From an uncultured Spirochaetales bacterium (GTDB taxonomy: Bacteria > Spirochaetota > Spirochaetia > Treponematales > JBGSOB01): a DNA stretch of 42,364 bases. Where the stretch lies: assembly GCA_964538705.1 (NCBI GenBank), contig CAZIEI010000009.1, positions 276 through 42,639 of the forward strand, written 5' to 3'. Below the pieces are notes generated by a model. It searched no databases, had not been told where the DNA came from, and saw nothing but the letters and a program-made list of their open reading frames with translations. A program made the position numbers and the translations under genes. Below are positions 41,929-42,364 of the stretch, in pieces (position 1 is the first letter of the stretch; each line of letters opens with the position of its first letter).

Positions 41929-42364
41929 CTCTCGATCTGTATTCCGTATTTCTTGAGCTTGGCGTGGAGGTTCGAGGGGTAGACCCCCAGGGCCTCCGCC
42001 GTCCTGGAGATATTATATCCGCATTCGCGGAGTTTTTGCTCGATGAAATTTTTCTCGAAGGCGTCTTTCGCGTCCCCGAGCTTGAGGATCGCGAAGGTCC
42101 CCGGGATCTCCTGGCCGTCGCCAACGATGGGCGGCTTGCCGATCCCGGGCCGGGAGAGGAAGTGCTCGACCGTCTCACGGGACACGGGCGACTCGTCGCT
42201 CATCACGCAGACGCGCTCCACGATATTCTTGAGTTCCCTGACGTTGCCGGGCCAGGGGTGCTCCGCCAGCGCGGCCAAAGCCTCCGCGGAGAAGGACTTG
42301 GCCGTTCCCGCCGAGGGTCCGATGCCCTCCACGAAGGCCTCAACGAGGAGGGGGACGTCTTCCT
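41925..42364 (-). CDS. Sigma-54-dependent transcriptional activator (bEBP), C-terminal part only; the gene continues beyond the window end
   Basis: The frame is open to the window edge (..EDVPLLVEAFVEGIG..). End of the AAA+ domain HPWPGNVRELKNIVERV and Fis-type HTH YNISRTAEALGVYPSNLHAKLKKYGI. The stop overlaps the lexA start (ATGA 41925-41928). Confidence 0.85.
   Translation of the reverse strand, partial: EDVPLLVEAFVEGIGPSAGTAKSFSAEALAALAEHPWPGNVRELKNIVERVCVMSDESPVSRETVEHFLSRPGIGKPPIVGDGQEIPGTFAILKLGDAKDAFEKNFIEQKLRECGYNISRTAEALGVYPSNLHAKLKKYGIQIER

Noticed and set aside
40298-42178. 626-aa ORF in the supplied track spanning holA, lexA and part of the sigma54 activator region
   Set aside because: Only the C-terminal ~343 aa look like a real protein (HolA). 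The N-terminal ~280 aa are R/G/P/S-rich and lie out of frame over lexA and the bEBP tail, both of which have unmistakable motifs. This is a high-GC read-through artefact.
41929-42364. SOS (LexA) box upstream of lexA
   Set aside because: No E. coli-type, Gram-positive-type or Leptospira-type palindrome was seen by eye. The nearest look-alike, CTGTATTCCGTATTTC at ~41938, lacks the ACAG half-site.
1-42364. CRISPR arrays, IS elements/transposases, integrases, toxin-antitoxin pairs and known phage-defence genes
   Set aside because: The ORF translations and intergenic regions showed no regularly spaced repeats, no DDE, tyrosine- or serine-recombinase motifs, and no recognisable defence-system domains. 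The compositional islands appear to have arrived by recombination rather than by a mobile element still present in the window.

Overview
High-GC segment (roughly 60-65% by eye, with clear AT-richer patches) from a diderm bacterium; the phylum cannot be called by eye. No transposase, integrase, CRISPR array or rRNA was seen. Bases 1-18.5 kb are a mosaic Wzx/Wzy-type surface-polysaccharide locus. It holds the tail of a CDP-glucose 4,6-dehydratase-like gene, an SDR epimerase/reductase, a HAD phosphatase, a NeuB-family synthase, a ThDP (acetolactate-synthase/YerE-like) enzyme and a CgeB-like glycosyltransferase (GT). These are followed by a GT10(fucosyltransferase-like)-GT2 fusion, two tandem but compositionally different Wzx flippases, and an inverted AT-rich two-gene insert (lipoprotein plus GT17-like). 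The locus ends with GT2, GT4, a Wzy/O-antigen-ligase-like gene, another GT4 and a Wzz/PCP-like (polysaccharide co-polymerase) gene. The most unusual feature follows: the PCP-like gene runs by overlapping stop/start codons into two FtsX/MacB/LolCE-type permeases, a LolA-like periplasmic protein and a predicted outer-membrane (OM) beta-barrel (18.5-23.4 kb). No ABC ATPase and no Wza/Wzc were seen in the window. The rest looks like core genome: a YkgJ Cys-cluster protein, an unknown 521-aa protein paired with a GAF-GGDEF cyclase, purSL-purQ, a D-2-hydroxyacid dehydrogenase, a secreted tandem CBM48-like protein, and a 1129-aa acidic/TM/TPR protein. After these come tRNA-Val(CAC), a polyprenol-kinase/CdsA-family protein, three uncharacterised envelope proteins, and a sigma54-activator/lexA/holA overlapping operon. 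Many long ORFs in the supplied track are high-GC shadow frames or upstream read-through, so several starts were trimmed.
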